A stretch of 64,000 nt of DNA from Gracilinanus agilis (taxonomy: Eukaryota). This document shows, piece by piece, positions 1-38,549 of the stretch; the stretch's first letter is position 1; each line of letters starts with the position of its first letter. A program made the position numbers and the translations under genes. The stretch covers positions 251,421,442-251,485,441 of the forward strand of contig NC_058133.1 of assembly GCF_016433145.1 (NCBI RefSeq), written 5' to 3'. The notes under the pieces are model-generated. The model worked only from the letters and a program-made list of their open reading frames with translations. It had not been told where the DNA came from and did not search any database.

Positions 1-55
1 ATTTACCATGCTCTAAGGTAGAGGATATCCAACCCTTCCACTCAGTTCTGCCTAA

Positions 56-17812
<17,757 letters not shown>

Positions 17813-18664
17813 TGGGGGCCCTAGGCTGAATCAGGGTAGTGGGGTATATATATCCACTTTGGACATAATCCCCTTTGGCTCCCCACAACAACAACAAAAA
17901 AGCCAGGCTTCCCAGGTCTCTCCCTCTACCCTCCCTGGGCTTTTGCTTTTATTAGTTTGATTCACTGGAGTCTGCTGGGAACATGACCTATGACCCCTGA
18001 AGCTTTTGTGATCACGTGACCTCCCCCTTTCCTGCTCTCTTAAGATGTTCTCTCTAAAAAAACTGTGCCTGCCCACCCTCCCAACCCCCACTTCTGGGTA
18101 GAGGTACAGTTCCCTCCCACCAGAAATTATTTGGGAACCAGCCCCTTTCTCCCTCTCTCTAACTCCCCCACCAAAGAGGAAAGTGCTTGGGGATGCCTCC
18201 CTTCGTTCTGCTGCTGCTGTCTAGGGCAGAGTCCCAGGGCCCCTTTTTTTGCACGCCAGGGGAATTGACTTCCCCAATGAATGTACCAGACCCTGGGGGG
18301 TGGCATAGAGACCCAAAGGGGGGGGGGGTCACCAGTCACTCCAGGGGAAGGGGGGGGATGGTCCATGGGGACCATTTCCTCATCACTCTCTGAAAGCACT
18401 TTAATCATGCCCCCCCTCCCACCTCCAGGGAATGGGGAGGGGGGCTGCCAGCCAAAAGATCCCCTCCCTTTCTAATCTTATCCCTCTTTTCCTCTCCTCC
18501 GATGCTCTTCCTTGATGGGGGGGCCATGGGGCTGGCTACTGCTCTCATCTACCCACCATCCCCACCTTGCTTGCATTTGTATATAGTGTGAGCAGCAAGT
18601 AGCCCCCTTCACCCAATTCCCTGCCCCCAATCTCAATGTAGTGGCCTTGGAAACCTCATTTGTT

Positions 18665-18670
18665 AATAAA
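18665..18670 (+). terminator. MINK1: MINK1 polyadenylation signal AATAAA
   Basis: AATAAA about 850 nt after the stop codon, followed by a T-rich tract near 18700. Confidence 0.75.
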
Positions 18671-19710
18671 GACAGAATTCAACCAACTTCTGTACCCCTT
18701 GCTTTTTTTTTTTCCACCACAAGAATTACAAATACAAAGATATATATGCTCAACGATTAAATCAGTCATAAAGAACAGGTGGTCAGAGTAGATCCCAAGA
18801 TGAATGACTCAAGAACCCAGGAATATGTATATGGGATAGGGATATATCAGAGTTGAAAAGAGGAAGGGGCTTCCACCATTCGTGGAAACGAAATGGAAGA
18901 GGGGTGGGGATCCTCCCCTGTACTTCTCTATTTTCTCCTAGGAGGCTCTGATTACTCTGCTTTCTCTACTACTTCTCACCTCTGCTGACCAACTCTCAGA
19001 CCTACCAGACTCCCTCATGGCCTCATAGCTAGGTAGAGAAAGGGCAGAGTTCCTGTCTCACAGCTATCTTCTTTGGAGGCTGCAGTTCCAGTTTTCATCC
19101 CTTAGGAGCCACAGGCTCCCTGTCTCAGAAGCCCTTTGATCTCAGTGTGCCACTCCCTGTCTGTGACTCAAACTGAGTAAAGATTCCCCTCCCTTTAGGA
19201 ACATGGAGAATGCCAAGAAATATAAATCCCAAGTCCAAGTAGAATACAGAGGACAGTTTCCTGAATTATGTTGCTTATAAACAGAGCTAAGCTGCACTCT
19301 GGTTGCCTAATTCCTGCCAGAGGCAGTTTACTGGAATGGAAAAAGCCCTACCCACACTGGGAGTTGGAACTTAGGTTCTAGGTCTGTGATGAAGATGATC
19401 TGTGACACTAAGCAAGTCATATCCTCTCATGAATAAAATCCTTTCTAGGATTGACATTTTGGGTTCTAAGACGGAATAGATTCAATGTAACAAAAGGTAA
19501 CCAAGTGTCAGTGTAGTTTGTGAGGTTCCAGATTCTGAAGAAGGGCAGCATTCTCCCTTTATGTGCCACTCATGTTACCAGGGGGAAAGAGCTTGAGGGG
19601 TTCCACTCTTGCAATCTAAGTTCCCCTAGGTGGCTTCCAAGACACCCAGGGCTGGGAGGTAAAACACCACAAGACAACACAGTTCAAGAGGACAACTAGC
19701 AGAAGCAAGC

Positions 19711-19716
19711 TTTATT
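19711..19716 (-). terminator. CHRNE: Probable CHRNE polyadenylation signal
   Basis: TTTATT on + (AATAAA on -) about 610 nt past the CHRNE stop codon. Confidence 0.55.
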
Positions 19717-19924
19717 GGGGGATGGGGAAGAACATAATTTGAGGCTATGAGGGAGGATGGAACCAGGTCAGGTCCACTGTATTTCTGGCAAAGGAAGACC
19801 AAAACCAGTATTGCACACATAATGGTTTTTTAGAGGGTTATCTGGGTCAATAAGATGGTCTGTTTTTTTGGTGGGGGAGGAGGGAACTGGGAGGCTAGGC
19901 TTGGGATTCAGGTCAAGTTTGGTG

Positions 19925-20165
19925 GTACAATGGATAGTGTGGGATGTGGAATCAGGAAGACCTGAGTTCAAATCCTGTCTCAGACATGTGCAACCTGGGT
20001 GACCCTGGACAAGTCCCTTAACCTCTCTGTGCCTCTGTTTCATCTTTAAAATGGAGATAAATCCCTCTTTCATAAGGTTGTCATGAGGATCAAATAAGCT
20101 GACATGTAAAGTGCTTGGCAAACATTAAAACACTACATAAGTACTAGCTGTTACTATTATTATAG
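19925..20165 (+). mobile_element. MIR/CORE-SINE inside the probable CHRNE 3'UTR
   Basis: GAGTTCAAATCC, GTGACCCTGGACAAGTC, GCCTCTGTTTCATCTTTAAAATGG and tail GTAAAGTGCTTGGC...TTATTATTAT. Confidence 0.8.
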
Positions 20166-20328
20166 TGTTAAAAGGGGGAGATGCCTGGGAAGGGAAATGG
20201 GGAGTTCTCCTTTCCACTTGGGCCTTAGTGACTGGTCACTGAAGATTTGCTCTCAGGATGGGACTAGCCAAGAAGAGTCAAGATGGAGTGGACTCCTGGA
20301 TTACAGGTGTCCTGGTCCAAAGGACAGT

Positions 20329-29191
<8,863 letters not shown>

Positions 29192-29271
29192 CTGTCCTCT
29201 GGCTTCTCCAGGTTATTCTGAGCTTTGAACAGGGTTAAAAGGAAGGACCATCTTAGCCAGCTTTGGGGGAG

Positions 29272-29288
29272 GGGTGTTAGTTCCGGCC
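29272..29288 (-). promoter_or_regulatory. CHRNE: CHRNE promoter N-box (CCGGAA, GABP/Ets site)
   Basis: Minus strand reads GGCCGGAACTAACACCC, with the N-box at 29281-29286, about 90 nt upstream of the ATG. The context resembles the recalled mouse epsilon promoter CCCGGAACTAACACCC. Confidence 0.85.
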
Positions 29289-29589
29289 AGAGCAAGAGGC
29301 CTGTTAACATTATCCTATTCCCTGCTCCCTGTCCCCACCCCCATCCCTAGCATCTGTTCTGAACAGCAATGGCTTGGCTGCTTCCAGAGACAACTGTTCT
29401 GCCACCTTTCTTCCTCCTCTAAATATCCCAGAATCAGACTCTTTATAACCTACTAAATAAAGTAGAGATTCGATCTTCCAACCATAAAAAAGAACCTAGT
29501 TGAGTCTTGTTGGCTCCATGCCTGCACTCCATCCACTGAACCACCCTGCTACCCCAATTGATGGGTATCACCCCCTCAATTTCCAATCT

Positions 29590-29860
29590 TTGACACAAAA
29601 AATGCTGCTATGAATATTTTTTTTATAAATAGGTCCTTTCCCCTTTGCTTTGATACAGACTTAGTGGTGGTATTGCTGAGTCAAAGACTTTTTTAGCACA
29701 GTTTTATAATCTTGGGATATAGTTCCAAATTGTTCATTGGAATAGTTGGATCAGCTTACAACTCTACCAAAAGTGTATTAGTGTACCTATATCCCCTCCA
29801 GCATTTATAATTTTCCTTTTCTGTCATGTTCAAACAAATGCTCATTGACCTAAAGACACT
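29590..29860 (-). mobile_element. L1 fragment
   Basis: AAAAATGCTGCTATGAATATT...GGTATTGCTGAGTCAAAG...GTTCCAAATTG...CCCCTCCAGCATT, typical of antisense L1 3' region. Confidence 0.7.
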
Positions 29861-30249
29861 GTTACCAGGCACAGGGATACTATTACAAAAAAGTGAGACA
29901 GTTCTTACTCTTACTCTACTGAAGGACTGGGGGTTGGTATAAATAGATATGATAGAAGACTGGTGAGGCAAATCATTTTCAGATTTCTCTGCCTCTGATG
30001 TCTGTCTTGATTTTTACAAATCTCAAGGCTTTGCTTTGTTTTCCAATTTTGCTAGCACGTGTATTTCTGCAACATCTTAGGAATGTTCTCCTATTTATCA
30101 GTTGCTCTTGGATCACCATTTGGGGAGAAAGGGTTCTTTTGCCTTTTCTGACTTTGCACCAAGCTTCAGCTTCAGTCTGAACACAAGGGGGTGGACCCTC
30201 TCCCTGAGACTTCATTCAGACTATAAGCTAGTCATATGATCAAGGCCAA

Positions 30250-31615
30250 GAAAGTTTTGCTCAACTGAATCAGTATTTTATTTTGGATGAGCATCATTTC
30301 TTCCTCTGTAGAGACTTTCCTTAATATGGCTAAGTAGACTTCTCTTTTTGTAATATGAGGGTCTCATTTTATGTCAATTTTGAACCTATGCTACTAAGGT
30401 ACCCACCTGAGTCAGGCTCAAGGCTGAAGAGAAGAATACTGCTTAGGAAACGAATGACAATAATCTAGGCAGAAAGTGATAAAAGGAAGAGTATGGACAC
30501 GAGAGGTTTTAGAATTAGACTAGCTAGGACTAGGCAACAGATTTAATTCAAGGTATAAGGCATTGCCTCCCTTATCCACACAAGGAAACAGGAGGGTGGT
30601 GGTTGGTTTAATTATCTAGTCAAGGGAATTTAAACTAAATCAGAGTCCATATCTGAGTTGGTAGAGATATTAGCATTCAATGGCCTCAAATGCCCGAGTT
30701 TCTAAGTTGCCCTCCAAAGGCTTCACTGCTAGTCCCTTTATTACAGGGTTGGAAACAGGCAAATCAGTAATGTAACTATCAAAGGTAGCTCTTATTTGAA
30801 CTCTCTGCTGAGTTCAAGTAATCATTATATATGATGTATATCCATTAAATATGATATATTTTATATAAATTATATAAATATGGTTAAAATGATATATATC
30901 AATTAAAATAAATTTCGGAGCAGCTGGGTTGCTCAGTAGATTGAGAGTCAGGCCCAGAGACAGGAGATCCTGGGTTCAAATCTGGCTTCAGACCCTTCTT
31001 AGCTGTGTGACCCTGGGCAAGTCACTTAAATTACCTAGTCCTTACCACTCTTCTGTCTTGGAACCAATACATAGTCTTGGTTCTATGGTGGAAGATTAGA
31101 TAGATAGATAGATAGATAGATAGATTTCATCTTTAGTTGACTCAGAGCCAGAGCCACCCCTTTTATACTCTCAGGTCACTTTCTATGGCATTTATAGATT
31201 CAGACAGGGTGTTGTGATCACATAGTTGAAAATAGAATCCAATGAAAAGGGAATTAGGCCAAATACTTCTCTGTAGGGATAGTTGCCACCATTTTCTCCT
31301 AACAATCCTTTTGTTTCTAAGATCTTCAGATACAGATAGAGAAATCTCAACTACACACATTCATGGTTCATGAAAAGGAATTGGAGAAGGGCTGAATGTC
31401 CTATCTCACCTATATGTAGAGAGAATTCTTGGTAGGACTCCCTTGCTAGCTTTGGTTCAGCACTGCTTGCCTGTACCTCTTTGTGTGGTCTCCATTCACT
31501 CAGATTGCTCCATCTCTTAAGCTAGAAGTTCAAATGGGGAGGAAAATGAGAGAGTGAACAAGAAAAAAAAGAGTATCCCTGATTAAAGAGAAGTCTTTTG
31601 TGACATTGTGACAAT
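30250..31615 (-). mobile_element. Possible solo LTR interrupted by a SINE (30917-31097)
   Basis: On the minus strand: TGTCACA start near 31615, GTATAAAAGGGG near 31160, and AATAAA near 30738 and 30280. Family not identified. Confidence 0.3.
31098..31125 (+). repeat. (AGAT)7 microsatellite at a SINE tail
   Basis: Read directly. Confidence 0.9.
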
Positions 31616-31713
31616 CCCACTTCATGTATCCAATTCTCTCACAAGGAAATTAGAAACAAAATCATTTCTGAGTGGATAGATTCAGAATTTTAGCCCTTCT
31701 AGCCCTCTCTAAA

Positions 31714-31965
31714 GGCAGCTAGGTGGTAGTGTGCCCAGCCTGGAGTCAGGAAGATTCATCTTCATGAATTCAAATTTGGACTTAGATGCTTATTAGCCAA
31801 GTAACCCTGGGCAAATCACTTAACCCTGCTTGCCTCAGTTCCTCATTTGTAAAATGTGCTAGAGAAGAAAATGGCTAAACCACTCCAGTGTCTTTTTGCC
31901 AAGAAAACCCTAAATGAGGACATAAAGAATTGGGCATGACTGAAAACAGCTAAACATCAATAACG
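31714..31965 (+). mobile_element. Mar1-like SINE (CORE body with RTE-type tail)
   Basis: CORE plus GAAGAAAATGGCTAAACCACTCCAGTGTCTTTTTGCCAAGAAAACCC tail. A similar copy lies at about 46070-46290. Confidence 0.7.
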
Positions 31966-32780
31966 AAAGCCCACTCTGAATTGTGATTCCAATCTTGGTC
32001 CATCAAAAGATTCAGAGCTTTGATAAATAATGTAGAGACCTCCTAGTGGGGCTACACTAGGGATGAATTGTGAAAAGGAAGAGTATTGGATGGCAGTACC
32101 TTGAAGAATTTACAGGGTCAAAGGAGGGTTATTTGTGTTTTTGTTTGTTTAAAGTTGAAGACCTGATCCTGCAAAGATTGAAAAACAGAGAATGAGAGAA
32201 GAGAATGATAAAGTCATGAGAGAAATAGGGGAGGATTGAAGTCAAGGGCACAAGTTGAGAAGTGATTGGTCTTGGCAAAAAATGCCACATCATTTGAGTC
32301 TGCAGTACAAGGAAGAAACAACCATTGCAAATATAGAGAAGCTCTGAGATATGGAGTAGGAGATTGGGTCAACCCTCTGCTTAGAATGAATGGCTTTAGA
32401 GCTTGAGAACAGTAGAAGTTCTGGCCCAACCATTGTGAGGCATGTGACAGTCAACCACAGGTGAATAAAAGGACCTCTGTATAGTGTTAGACCCAGTTCA
32501 CATGGTTTTGATTTCCTCCAGGAGCACGCAACAGTTCAATAGAGAAAAAGGCAGGTTGGGGTTTGTTATTGGGATTAAAAATTTGCAAGGTGGCATGAAT
32601 GGTAAAGAACAAGGGGTTCAACGGATTCAAGCATAGGAGACAGGATATATTTGAATTGTGCTGACTAAGGAGCTAATCTTATAAAGTGATGAAATGAGAA
32701 TAGAACAAGGGCCATAGGAAAATAAGAGAAAACAAGGAAATATGGAAGTATTCATAGTAGGTATGAAAGTATGTCTTGAG

Positions 32781-33810
32781 GTTGTTGATAGTGGTCTAGG
32801 CTGCCATCTTGTATGGAGAGAAATCTGAGAATGTTCATGGCATGTTGTTTGCCAATCTTTCTTCCAAGGGGTTTTGAAATGGTTTTGAAATAACATTTCT
32901 GATCAAAAACCAACTCCACCAAGCAAATGCAGACCTTCCTCATTTTCTCAGGCAACTAGTTTGGTGTCCTTATCCAAGTTTATGAAGGTGAGAGAGCAAG
33001 GATAAAGGACAGCAACCTATTAGCAAGTTTTAGCTCACAGGAATCTCCCCAGCAACTAGGAGGGATGGGTGTGTCTCAGATTGAAGTAATTTTCAACAAT
33101 GACACAAATGGCCTTCTCAATGTATCTGCTTTGGATAAGCATACAGATAAAGGGAACAAAATTACTACACCACAGTGTCAAAGACCAAAGATTACCAAAG
33201 GAGCCTGGAAGCTAACAAATTTGAAACTAAAGATAAGTAGAGAAACAAGGTAACTTCCAGGAACTCACTAGAATCTCATGCTTTCAACAAGAAGACTACA
33301 GTGGAGAATGAGAAACTTCCAAAGCAAAATTGGTGATTTTGTGAACATATAATCCTTGAAAAACATAATGGAATAACAATTCATTTTTATCAAGGATTAG
33401 ACTGCTGAGAAAGAAGAGTTGGAACATCAGCAAAAAGAATTAGAGAATGGAGGGGGGGGCATCTGCAATCTCATCGTTACTAAACTATATAAGAGTGTAA
33501 GGTTAGACTTCTCCCAGGTATAAAATGGCTCCATCCAGAAATGCTTTCTCTGTGCCCATCACTGAAGAGATTCACTGAATGTACCAAAAGAAAGCATTCC
33601 ACACAGATTTATTTTTGGAGCCAAGGCTGGGTGAAGTGGCAATTGAAACATCAAATTTGAACTATTATGTAAATTCTGGCCATTTGGAATATTTGAATGT
33701 GTGCAGAGGGAGAGAAGTGAATGTTGTACTTTTATCAGTATTGTAAACAAATGGAAATGTAATTCTTGACCTAGAGAATAAAATTTTATTTTAAATTGGC
33801 ATAAAAAAGT
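32781..33810 (+). pseudogene. HSPA8: 5'-truncated, decayed processed pseudogene of HSPA8 (Hsc70)
   Basis: Intronless remnants of [25 protein letters not shown], QIEVxFxxDxNGxLNVSA, AEKEExEHQQKELE and a terminal VPITEEIH* (parent GPTIEEVD*) at 33552-33578, then 3'UTR-like sequence with AATAAA near 33777. Many frameshifts and stops. Confidence 0.88.
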
Positions 33811-35354
33811 TTCCTTACTAGATGTCCTATGTATCAATGAAATCACAGAGTTGTTCTCCCAAAAATATTATAATGGTATCTTTTGTAGATTTGTTATTTG
33901 TTAAGGTTAAGTTCTTAATAAAGTACTTATTTTTTAAATATAATTTGTTCTAATACAGCAAAATCAATTAATACATGCCATGGGCAAGAATACAGGATTA
34001 TAGACTCACAGGAAAAAGCATCTTGTGGTGGTTCTAATCCCCTCTTCCCTCTTGTAGCCCCTTTATACCTACCTCATCATGAAGTTAAGCCTTGGTTCTC
34101 CAAGGCTATGTCACTGGATCACAAACTCTAGCAAGCTCTACCATGGTGCAACTGGGCCAAGTGAGGTCATGTCAGCTGTCCCAGGATGAGCCTGAGTAAA
34201 TCTGGAGAAGCATCCAATACTGTGTATTGGTTCCAAGACAGAAGAATAGTAAGGTTTAGGCAATGGGGGTTAACTGACTAGCCCAGGGTCACACATCTAG
34301 ATTTGAACCCAGGACCCATCTCTAGGCCTGGCTTTCGACCACTAAGCCAACTAGCTGCCCCCCATCAGCAACTCTTGAAATGTTGATAATGTAACAAATG
34401 ACCTTCCTGGCCCTCACTGTTTGAAGGTAATCCTTCAGGGGGATGAGGACATCTAGACTCTGCAAATAGCTCCAGCCCCCACCAATAGTTTTTCACTAAG
34501 TTTAGAGTTACATGTCAGTTCCATTTAGCTACTTAGTTGGATTAACTTTTACTTCAGAATATATTACTTCTCTAATATATGTGGCTTGTTCTTTCCCCAC
34601 TTTGTGCCACCTCAGTTTCTTTTTCTTTATTTCTTTTTATTTTTTGGAAATTCTGTCTTAGAATCAATACTATGTATTGGTTCCAAGATAATAATGATAA
34701 TAATAAAAAGCAGTAAGGGCTAGGCAGTGGGGGTTAAATGACTTGCTCAGGGTTTCACAGCTGGGAAATGTTCGATGATAGATTTGAACCCAGGTTCTCC
34801 CAACTCTAGGCCAGGTTCTCAAGCCACTGAGCCACCTAAGCTGCCCCTAACACCTGAGTTTCTAGGGAGGGAAGGAGAATTAGGTTTATAGCTTAGTTCT
34901 GTTCTTATATAGTCCCAATGCCAAAACCAAAATCTCCTTCAGGCAAAAGGACTCTGACTTCTAATGGCTTCCCTTGCCTGGCTGGCTGGCTGCAACATCC
35001 TGGCTCTTTAGTTGTCATGGCTCAAACTCATAGATCTGGTAGGAATCTCTACCAGAACCTGAAACTAAGAAAGAGCAAAATACACACACACACACAAACA
35101 CACACACAAACACACAAACCCACATACCAGAAATTAGCACCAATTGGCCCTTTTCTCAGAGCCAGGGTGAAAGAAGGTAGAGCAGGGAAGGGAAGTCTTC
35201 CCCCTCTCACATGTTCTGTTCCTGGCACCTGTGCAGTGGGTGAACTGAAATCTTTACCTTCTGGAAAGAGACTCAAGAAAAAGAACACAGGTAAGAGACC
35301 TCACCCCTGGAATATGACGATGGAAATTCTTGAGAGGCAATATTTCTGAATTTT

Positions 35355-35874
35355 ATTTTATTTTTTTCCCCAGATGATCTTAAGCTTTATTTTTTCTGGG
35401 TTATACATGTATTATCACACAAAACATTTCCATGTTGTTCATTTTTAAGGGAATAATCTTATTAAACAAAAACCCAAATAGACAAGTGAAAAATCATATA
35501 CTTTCATCTACATTCCTATTTCAACAGTTCTTTCTCTGGAGGTGGATAGCAAATCCCTCGGAATTGTTCTGGATCGTTGTATTGGTGTTAATAGCAAAGT
35601 CTATCACAGTTGATCATTTCACAGTATTGCTGTTACTGTTACAATGTTTTCCTGGTTCTGCTTATTTTGCTCTGCATTAGTTCACATAGTTTTCCAGCTC
35701 TTTCTGAAATCATCCTGTTCATTCATTGTATCACAATAGTATTCCGTCACCATCATCTACCACAATTTGTTCAGTCATTCCTCAATTGATGGACATCCCT
35801 TTAGTCTCCAATTCTTTGCCACCACAAAAAGAACAGCTATAAATATTTGTATACAAGTAGGTCCTTTCTCATTT
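35355..35874 (-). mobile_element. L1 3' fragment with degenerate 16-bp TSD
   Basis: T-rich head and L1 3'UTR motifs. Flanks AATATTTCTGAATTTT (35339-35354) and AGTATTTCTTAATTTT (35875-35890). Confidence 0.75.
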
Positions 35875-36197
35875 AGTATTTCTTAATTTTAAAGTATTTT
35901 ATTAATTAACTGGAAAGACATCTTAATCTCATCAATTGATTCTGTTGAAAACCAAACTCCCACTCTCCTGACCCAGGTACCTACATTCACTTCTTGGAAG
36001 CTCATTATTCAGCTCCTTCCTTAAACATTCCAAGATATGGCTAATTGGCAAATAGCTAATTAGGAGGTAGTCCATCAAACTCCCACCCCCACTCCAAACC
36101 ATAGGTGATGAAGGTCTCCTAGGCAGGAAGAGAATCCTTGTCTCACTTTTTTATTAACCAAATTTCTTTATCCCCCCACCCCACACTGGTATTATCT

Positions 36198-36825
36198 TTT
36201 TTTTATTTACAATTTTAATTTTATTTAAATATTAAATATTAAAAATATTTTTCCATGTTTACATGATTCATTTTCTTCCCTTCCCCTTTTCTCTCCCCCT
36301 TCCCAGAGCTGACAAGCAATTTTACTGGGTTGTACAAATGTTATCATTTGATACCTATTTTCACATTATTTATTTTTTACCAGAGAGCAATCTTTTAAAG
36401 CTGAAACCTCAAATCATATACCCATATAAACAAGTGATGTCATAAGTTTTTATTTTGCATTTCTACTCCTACAGTTCTTTCTCTCGACGTGGATAGCATT
36501 CTTTCTCATAAATCCCTCACGAATGTCCTGGATTATTGCATTGCTACTATTAGTAAAGAACATTACATTGGATAGTTCCACAATGTTTCACTTTCAGAGG
36601 ACAATGTTCTCTTGGGTTCTGCTCATTTCACTCTGTATCAGTTCTTGGAGGTCATTCCAGTTCATCATTTCTTTCAGCAGAATAATATTCCATCACCATC
36701 AGATGCCACAATTTGTTTAGCCAATTCCTAATCGAGGGACACTCCCTCATTTTCCAATTTTTTTGCCACCACAAAGAGTGTAGCTATGTATATTTTTGTT
36801 CAAACATTTTTCATTATTATCTCTT
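36198..36825 (-). mobile_element. L1 3' fragment (younger subfamily)
   Basis: T-rich head, CATGATTCATTTTCTTCCC and ATGCCACAATTTGTTTAGCCAATTCC...TTTTTGCCACCACAAAGAG. Confidence 0.78.
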
Positions 36826-37416
36826 AACCAAGTTTCTTTAAAAGGAAGACATTCCTCAGGATTCCCAAGGACAAAGAAAATGTAAAAAGTAGTCTCTGAC
36901 CCCAAACCCAGACACAGAAACACACTGTAATTCTCTCTAAAAAAAAAAACCCAAACCTTTTTAAAACCCTTCTATAGAAATTAATATAGTATATGAAAAA
37001 AAAATATTCACAGGAAAGAAGAAAGAGTCTGCAAGAAAAAGGACATGAGAAACAGACTGATAATCTCAGTCTGACAGTTTATAAAGATATAGCCTTTCTG
37101 GCTACACCACCAATCAAAGGAGGCTGTCCCCACATGTGTAGGCAAAGTGCCTCCACTTTAGGCAGGCAAGGGATGTTAGACAAGCATCCTTCCAATAAAA
37201 ATTGTTTATTGTATTGAGTTGAATAAAATATTTGTGAAGTAAGACTCATAACTATTAATATTTCAGTTTTCCAGGTAAGGAAACTGAGGTTAGGAGAGGT
37301 AAAGAACAATCATTGCTACGCTAAAAAGTCTACATCGAAACAATAATCCTACCACAATACAGAGCAGCCCGTTTTCTGTCATTCTCTGGGTCTCTGTTTC
37401 CTCAAGAGAGAAAGGA

Positions 37417-37595
37417 GGGGACAGCTAGGTAGCTCAGTGGATTGAGAGCCAGGCCTAGAGGCCTAGGTTCAAATCCGGCCTCAGACACTTCCCAGCTGTG
37501 TGACCCTGGGCAAGTCACTTGACTCCCATTGCCCACCCTTACCACTCTTCCACCTATGAGCCAATGCAGAGAAGTTAAGAGTTTAAAAAAAAAAA
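37417..37595 (+). mobile_element. SINE1_Mdo-like opossum SINE with 13-bp TSD
   Basis: Tail TTCCACCTATGAGCCAATGCAGAGAAGTTAAGAGTTTAAAA recalled as typical of the didelphid SINE-1. TSD AAGAGAGAAAGGA (37404-37416) and AAGAGTGAAAGGA (37594-37606). Confidence 0.8.
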
Positions 37596-37822
37596 GAGTG
37601 AAAGGAAACAGTTAATTGGTGATCTCTAAGGTCCCTTTGGTCCCTAACTCCTTTGATTCTTAAATCCTATGATGCTATGACCCACTCTTCCAAATATAAC
37701 CTTACCAAAGGAAAGGCAAGTTGCAAAAATGAGAATATGCTTCTCCCTATTGCCCCCATGTGGCCAGAGAGAGCATTAAAAGAATATCAAAGCAGGGAAG
37801 GGACCTCTGGGATCATTTAGTC

Positions 37823-38316
37823 CAGAGGTTTTCAAACTCTTTGATTTCAGGACCTCTTTATACTCTTAAAAATTATTGAGAACTCCTCCAAAGAGCTTTC
37901 ATTTATGTGGGTTATAACTTTAAGTATTTACCATATTAAAATTAAAACAAATTTTTAAAGTGTATTAACTTAAAAACAATGGATACATCACATTTTAATA
38001 CAAATATATACTTTAATGAAGATAACTATATTTTTCAAAACAAAAAAAATGTAGTGGGAAGAATAGCATAAAAAATCCCTTTAATGTCTTGCTAAATAGA
38101 AAATAGCTGGATTTTCATATCTACTTTTGCATTCTGTATGTTGAGTATATTTTGTTTTGTTCGAAGTATCTGAAGAAAAACTGGCTTCGCATATGTAGTT
38201 AGTTGGGGAGAAGTAGTTTAATAGGCAGATAATGTCTTCATGTTAATAAGTTTGACTTTGAAGTTAGAGGGTCTTGGGGACAACTAAGAAATCAGACCAC
38301 ATTTTGAAAACTGCTG
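37823..38316 (+). mobile_element. Charlie1/MER33-like hAT DNA transposon relic nested in an antisense MIR
   Basis: Ends CAGAGGTTTTCAAACT ... TTTTGAAAACTGCTG and internal CTCTTAAAAATTATTGAG...GAGCTTTCATTTATGTGGG. The two flanks rejoin into a MIR-type GATCATTTAGTCCAACC...AAATGAGGAAACAGAG. Confidence 0.75.
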
Positions 38317-38549
38317 ATCATGTCCAACCTCCTTATTCTTCAAATGAGGAAACAGAGCCCTAGAAAGGGAAATGATATGTTCAAGGCCACAGGACTTGTT
38401 CCTGGTAGAATTAGGCTGAAGGTTTTTCAGATTAGGACCTAGAGAAGAAAGGACCAGAGGTCTAGGGTAAAGTAATGTTCTGTTGTTATCTCAAACCCTT
38501 CCTGGAGTAAATAATCCAATTCAACAAATCTTTATTGAGTTAGGGGGAT

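Noticed and set aside
34918-35349. 143-aa ORF in the intergenic region
   Set aside because: Runs through a CA-rich repeat (HTHTQT), starts poorly and resembles no protein I know.
37417-37500. tRNA-like A/B-box sequences here and at other SINE heads
   Set aside because: They are tRNA-derived SINE heads continuing into CORE sequence, not tRNA genes.
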